In this document: positions 59,702 through 64,000 of the stretch, in pieces
Layout of the letters: every line of letters starts with the position of its first letter
How positions within the stretch are numbered: position 1 is the first letter of the stretch
Assembly: GCA_964291235.2 (NCBI GenBank)
Contig: OZ219815.1
Span: 1,088,001-1,152,000, forward strand
DNA: 64,000 nucleotides
Reading direction: 5' to 3'
DNA from: Vicinamibacteria bacterium
GTDB lineage: Bacteria; Acidobacteriota; Vicinamibacteria; Marinacidobacterales; Marinacidobacteraceae
The notes under the pieces: generated by a model
The model's input: only the letters and a program-made list of their open reading frames with translations
Told to the model about the DNA's origin: nothing
Database searches by the model: none
Made by a program: the position numbers and the translations under genes

Positions 59702-60850
59702 TCAGCCATATTCCCCCGCCCACAGTGCATCGAGGAAGACGCCGTAGGGCAGGACTTCGATGTCGTCCACGATCCGGGGACGGGGTTCGAGGCTGACACA
59801 GATATACCGCTTCAGAGTCGTGTCCTCGGCCAGCGCCCGAAGCGGTCTGAGGTCCCGCGCCGAGACATTCGGCTTGCACTTGGCCTCGATCGCGGTGTGC
59901 TCGCCCAGGATGAAATCCACTTCGTAGCCCGAAGCGGTGCGCCAGAAGTGCAGGTCCTGAGGGGCGCGGTAGTCGCACCACGTCATCAGTTCATGGAGGA
60001 GCCAGGCCTCGAAGGCCTGGCCGAACTCCGGCGTGCCCGGATCGGGGCGCCGTCCGGCCAACGCGTTCGCGACGCCGATGTCGAAGAAGTAGAACTTTGA
60101 CGAGACCAGCGGTTTTCGCTTTCGTGGCCGCCGCCATGCCGGGACCTCGAACAACAGGAGCGTGTCCCGGAGTACTTCGAAGTATTCGTAGATGGTCGTC
60201 CGCGGGACCTGGGCATCGCTGGCGACTTCCGTGAAGTTGACGATCTGCCCGTTGGCGAGCGCCGCGATGCGCAGGAAGCGGCTGAACGCCGGAAGATTCC
60301 GGGCTGCGCCCTCGAAGATCACCTCCTGCTGCAGGTAGGCGCCGGCGTAGGCGGCCAGATCGGCTCGTGCGTCGTTCGAAAACCAGATGGACGGCAGGGT
60401 CCCGCGGGTGAGCGCCCGCTCGAGATTGAACCGGGGACCGAGTTCGGCCCGGGTCAGCGGATGGAGAACCCTGGTTCGCGCCCGGCCGCCCAGCAGGTTG
60501 ACGCCGCCGCGCCGGAGCGCTCGCGCACTCGAACCGGTAAGCAGGAAGCGGATCCCGCGCTCCTCGATCAGGCGATGGACCTCGTTCAGGAGCACAGGCA
60601 GCCGCTGGATCTCGTCAATGACCACCTCGTCGGCGCCCGGCGTCAGCTCTTCCGCCAGCCTTCCCGGGTTCTGGCTCAGGGCCAGCCAGGTGGCTGTTTC
60701 GAGCAGGTCGTAGCGAGGCGTATCCGGGAGGGCGTGGCGGACCAGCGTGGTCTTCCCCGTCTGCCGCGGTCCCAGCAGGAAGTGGGACTTCTTTGCGAGC
60801 AGGCCCGGGAGATCCAGAGATCTCGGAACAAAGGCGTTTCCCGGCGACAT
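59702..60850 (-). CDS. AAA_14 / DUF4143 family ATP-binding protein
   Basis: GPRQTGKT, VIDEIQ, LTGSSAR, KFYFFDIG, EVDF…IEAK; start 60850 or 60859. Confidence 0.9.
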   Translation of the reverse strand: MSPGNAFVPRSLDLPGLLAKKSHFLLGPRQTGKTTLVRHALPDTPRYDLLETATWLALSQNPGRLAEELTPGADEVVIDEIQRLPVLLNEVHRLIEERGIRFLLTGSSARALRRGGVNLLGGRARTRVLHPLTRAELGPRFNLERALTRGTLPSIWFSNDARADLAAYAGAYLQQEVIFEGAARNLPAFSRFLRIAALANGQIVNFTEVASDAQVPRTTIYEYFEVLRDTLLLFEVPAWRRPRKRKPLVSSKFYFFDIGVANALAGRRPDPGTPEFGQAFEAWLLHELMTWCDYRAPQDLHFWRTASGYEVDFILGEHTAIEAKCKPNVSARDLRPLRALAEDTTLKRYICVSLEPRPRIVDDIEVLPYGVFLDALWAGEYG

Positions 60851-60852
60851 GA

Positions 60853-60878
60853 TCGTCATATGGTATGTCAAATGACGA
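60853..60878. promoter_or_regulatory. Palindromic operator-like site over the ATPase promoter
   Basis: TCGTCAT-N12-ATGACGA surrounding minus-strand TACCAT. Confidence 0.4.
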
Positions 60879-60957
60879 CAGCATCGTCGATACGCACAAA
60901 CAATCCGCCCGACCGCGTTCGAGGGCCAGAGCGTGGAGCCATACACTCATTCCCGCC

Positions 60958-62199
60958 ATGACCGGACCCCTTCGACACCGTCAGTTCTGTTTGTTGGCCG
61001 TCGCTCTCGCGGTCTTCGCGGCCTGTGGAGGGGGTGGATCGCCGGCCGCCCAAACCGCTGATGACGGCACCGTCGTGCTCACCGCCGACCGGGTGCTCGA
61101 CGGGCGCGGACGCGTTCTCGAGGGCTACGGGGTGGCGGTCCGGGACGGGCGGATCGCCGCGGTCGCTCCGGTGGCCGACCTGCCCGGCGGCGAGCGGCTC
61201 GATTTCCCCGGCGGGACGATCCTCCCCGGCCTCATCGATACCCACGTCCACCTGAGCTGGCACTTCGGTGCGGACGGCAAGCTGGCGCGCGGTTCCGCGC
61301 CCGAGACGGCGGCGATGCACGCCGTCGAGAACGGCATCCGGATGCTGGAGGCCGGCTTCACCACCGTCCAGAGCCTCGGGGCCGCGGTGGACGGCCCGGT
61401 CCGGGACGCGGTGGCGCGGGGGGTGGTGCCGGGCCCCCGGATCATCACCACCCTGGGCCAGCTCTCCGCCCGCACCGGCGGCGCCGGGGAACTGGTTGCC
61501 GAGGTGAACCGGCTCGCCGACGCCGGAGCGGACGCCATCAAGATCTTCGCCTCCGAGAGCATCCGGGTGGGTGGCGGCCCGACGCTCTCGCAGGAAGAAC
61601 TCGACGCCGCCTGCGGAGCGGCGAACGAACGGGGGCTCCGCACGCTGGTGCACGCCCACGGACCGGAGAGCGCGAGCCGCGCCTCCCGGGCCGGCTGCAC
61701 CACGATCGAGCACGGAGCGCTGCTCGACCAGGAGACCCTGGACCTGATGGCCGCGAACGGCACGTTTTACGACCCGAACACCTACCTCATCTTCCAGAAC
61801 TACTTCGAGAACAAGGACCGCTACCTCGGGATCGGGAACTACACCGAGGAGGGCTTTCAGGCGATGGAGTCCGGTGGGGTGCGCGCCATGGACACGTTCG
61901 GGATGGCGCTTGCCACCGAGGGGCTGAAGATCGTCTTCGGAACCGACGCGGTGGCCGGCGCTCACGGGCAAAACGTCCGGGAGGCGGTGGCCCGGGCGGA
62001 ACAGGGCGGACAGGATCCGGGTGATGTCGTTGTCGGGTTGACCTCCCTGGCCGCCGAGTCGTTGGAGCTCGGAGACGAGATCGGAACCCTCGCGGAGGGC
62101 TACGCCGCCGACTTGGTGGTGGTGGACGGCGACCCGGCAAGCGACGTCACCGCCCTCCAGCGGGTACGGCTCGTGATGAAGGATGGCCGCATTCACTAA
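60958..62199 (+). CDS. Amidohydrolase family lipoprotein (paralog 2)
   Basis: FAAC lipobox, PGLIDTHVH; long blocks identical to paralog 1. Confidence 0.9.
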   Translation: MTGPLRHRQFCLLAVALAVFAACGGGGSPAAQTADDGTVVLTADRVLDGRGRVLEGYGVAVRDGRIAAVAPVADLPGGERLDFPGGTILPGLIDTHVHLSWHFGADGKLARGSAPETAAMHAVENGIRMLEAGFTTVQSLGAAVDGPVRDAVARGVVPGPRIITTLGQLSARTGGAGELVAEVNRLADAGADAIKIFASESIRVGGGPTLSQEELDAACGAANERGLRTLVHAHGPESASRASRAGCTTIEHGALLDQETLDLMAANGTFYDPNTYLIFQNYFENKDRYLGIGNYTEEGFQAMESGGVRAMDTFGMALATEGLKIVFGTDAVAGAHGQNVREAVARAEQGGQDPGDVVVGLTSLAAESLELGDEIGTLAEGYAADLVVVDGDPASDVTALQRVRLVMKDGRIH

Positions 62200-62220
62200 C
62201 TGGAGGACCAGCCGAGCCCC

Positions 62221-62604
62221 ATGTTCTTTACGCTGCTGATCGTCACCTTCCTCATCGCGGCCGCGGTGTCCTTCGGGGCGGTGCGGCTCTTCGATCGTCC
62301 CATCGCCTCCATCCTGCGCCGGGTGGTCGCGGAGGAGCTGAGCGGGGCCTGGCACCGCTACATCAAGTTCGCGGCGTACGTGGTCGGCATCTCGGCGGGT
62401 GTTCGCATCCGGGAACTGGAGCGGTACATCTCGGCCCCCGACAAGGACGAGGAGATCCTGGTCCTCAACGCGGAGCGCTGGACGCTGGAGGTCTATCGGA
62501 CGGTCATCGAGACGCTCCAGGGGATCGCCTGGATGCTGCTCGTGGTCTTCGTGGTGGCGCTGCTGGCGTACGTTCTCGCGCGGGGGTTCGAGCTGAGGCG
62601 ATAG
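62221..62604 (+). CDS. Hypothetical membrane protein (about 3 TM)
   Basis: Typical GC3 codon usage, hydrophobic segments. Confidence 0.7.
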   Translation: MFFTLLIVTFLIAAAVSFGAVRLFDRPIASILRRVVAEELSGAWHRYIKFAAYVVGISAGVRIRELERYISAPDKDEEILVLNAERWTLEVYRTVIETLQGIAWMLLVVFVVALLAYVLARGFELRR

Positions 62605-62662
62605 CTGGCCCGGATTCCTGTTGATGATGTCGGGCGACACGCGTCGGGGGAGCGCGCAACCC

Positions 62663-62730
62663 CGGCCAGCCAGGTCCGTTCCGCCGCCCGCCTGCGGCGG
62701 GCTGTGCCGGCCTGGAGGCCGGCGTTCCTA
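62663..62730 (-). repeat. Single REP-like element
   Basis: Reverse copy of the core; abuts the stop codon of the permease gene. Confidence 0.8.
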
Positions 62731-63546
62731 GCGGGTCCGGCTGCGGAGCCGCTCCACCGCGAACAGGAAGAGCAGAGCGAAGGCGATCAGGAAGGTCGCC
62801 GCCGCCAGGATCGTGGGACTGATTTCTTCCCGGATCCCGGACCACATCTGGCGCGGGATGGTCCGCTGGTTCAGCCCGCCCATGAACAGCACGATGACCA
62901 CCTCGTCGAAGGAGGCAGCGAAGGCGAAGAGCGCCCCCGAAAGCACTCCGGGCGCGATCAGCGGCAACTGCACCCGGCGGAAGGTGGTGAGCGGCCCCGC
63001 GCCGAGGCTCTGGGAAGCGCGGACCAGGTTGCGGTCGAATCCCGACAGAGTGGCGGTCACGGTGATCACCACAAACGGGGTGCCGAGGGCCGCGTGAGCG
63101 AGGATCAGCCCGAGGTGGGACTGGGTGAGGCGGAGGTCCGAGTAGAAGAAGAACATCCCCGCCGCGGCGATGATCACGGGGATCACCATCGGTGAGATCA
63201 GGATCCCGGTGACGAGACGACGCGCCGGCATCGCCGGGCTGGAGAGCCCGAGGGCCGCGACCGTTCCGAGCACCGTGGCCAACAGGGCGGCAGCGAACCC
63301 GATCCCCAGGCTGTTGGCGAGCGCCCGGGACCAGCGAACGTCGTCCACCAGGGCTTCATACCAGCGGAGGGACCACGCATCCGGATCGAGACGCAGCATC
63401 CCCTCGGTGAAGGTGAAGTAGGGCTCGGCGTTGAAGCTGAGCGGGACGATGACCAGGATCGGCGCCACCAGGAAGACGAAGACCAGGGCGCAGAAGGCCA
63501 GATAGACCGCCCGCGACGCCGCCCCGTCGCGCAGTCCGAGCGGCAT
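62728..63546 (-). CDS. ABC transporter permease (PotC/PotI-like polyamine family)
   Basis: PILVIVPLSF, WSLRWY, PMVIP, ASQSLGA (EAA loop), SFDE, TIP. Confidence 0.88.
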   Translation of the reverse strand: MPLGLRDGAASRAVYLAFCALVFVFLVAPILVIVPLSFNAEPYFTFTEGMLRLDPDAWSLRWYEALVDDVRWSRALANSLGIGFAAALLATVLGTVAALGLSSPAMPARRLVTGILISPMVIPVIIAAAGMFFFYSDLRLTQSHLGLILAHAALGTPFVVITVTATLSGFDRNLVRASQSLGAGPLTTFRRVQLPLIAPGVLSGALFAFAASFDEVVIVLFMGGLNQRTIPRQMWSGIREEISPTILAAATFLIAFALLFLFAVERLRSRTR

Positions 63547-63548
63547 TA

Positions 63549-63756
63549 GCGACCTGTGGACAGGGTGACGTGAGCGCCGAGACCTGAGAGGCCCAGTTCT
63601 CCCGGTGGGGCCAGTTCTCCCGGTGGGGGCCCGGCTGACAAGGCGCGATTCGGGAGGAATACCCGGTGTATTCCGACCGAATCGGAACGCAGAGCGAAGC
63701 GGTTCAGCCGGGATGCATCGCCGGTCGAACGCCGCGTCACTCTGTTCACAGGTCGC
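63549..63756. mobile_element. 208-bp MITE-like element with 22-bp imperfect terminal inverted repeats
   Basis: GCGACCTGTGGACAGGGTGACG (63549-63570) vs reverse complement GCGACCTGTGAACAGAGTGACG (63735-63756), 20/22 match; flanked by TTA and TCA. Confidence 0.65.
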
Positions 63757-64000
63757 TCACCCGAGCCTCAGGCTGGAGGCGCCCACCAGCCGGTCGTAAA
63801 CCACGTAGAGCGCACCGATCACCACGAACAGGATGCCGCCGAGCGCCGCGGCGAGCCCCCAGTTGAGGGAGGTCTGCATGTGGAATGCGATCATGTTGGA
63901 GAAGAGCTGCCCACTCGATCCGCCCACCAGCGCCGGGGTGATGTAGTAGCCGATAGCGAGGATGAAGACGAGGAGCGAGCCCGCCGCCGTCCCCGGCAGG
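63757..64000 (-). CDS. ABC transporter permease (PotB-like), 3' part only
   Basis: Minus strand reads LPGTAAGSLLVFILAIGYYITPALVGG…LNWGLAAALG; truncated by the window edge. Confidence 0.85.
   Translation of the reverse strand, partial: LPGTAAGSLLVFILAIGYYITPALVGGSSGQLFSNMIAFHMQTSLNWGLAAALGGILFVVIGALYVVYDRLVGASSLRLG

Noticed and set aside
63546-63749. 67-aa ORF between the ABC permeases
   Set aside because: It lies within the TIR-bounded element and has no protein-like features.

Overview
A GC-rich (about 70% by eye) bacterial window. It has many lipoproteins and TolC/porin genes (diderm envelope), plus ankyrin/TPR/FN3 proteins. This resembles host-associated Acidobacteriota-like genomes, but the taxon is an inference. 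Core genes: dnaX-ybaB-recR, tRNA-Ser(GGA), tRNA-Asn(GTT), hutH/U/F/I, a TolC-MFP-RND pump, a GldA/GldF-G/DUF4340 ABC system, a Tat-exported GMC dehydrogenase pair, vapBC, polyamine-type ABC permeases and several secreted hydrolases. The most unusual region is a decayed island at tRNA-Ser (about 20.9-27.9 kb). There an N-terminally truncated P4-like integrase precedes a translationally coupled array of modular lipoprotein genes (DUF3472-like and metzincin, with or without FN3). Their junctions are conserved (…PE(G/E)G-stop/MRRxxL…GCGxGTD…poly-Pro), and one copy is out of frame at a C12 tract. Other notable items: three divergent AAA_14-DUF4143 ATPase genes, each bracketed by duplicated flanking sequence; a GTAG-type REP family with compensatory stem changes; a five-box DnaA-box cluster; a fused double aminotransferase with one dead half; and a 208-bp MITE-like element. 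All family assignments come from motifs recognised by eye; no searches were run.
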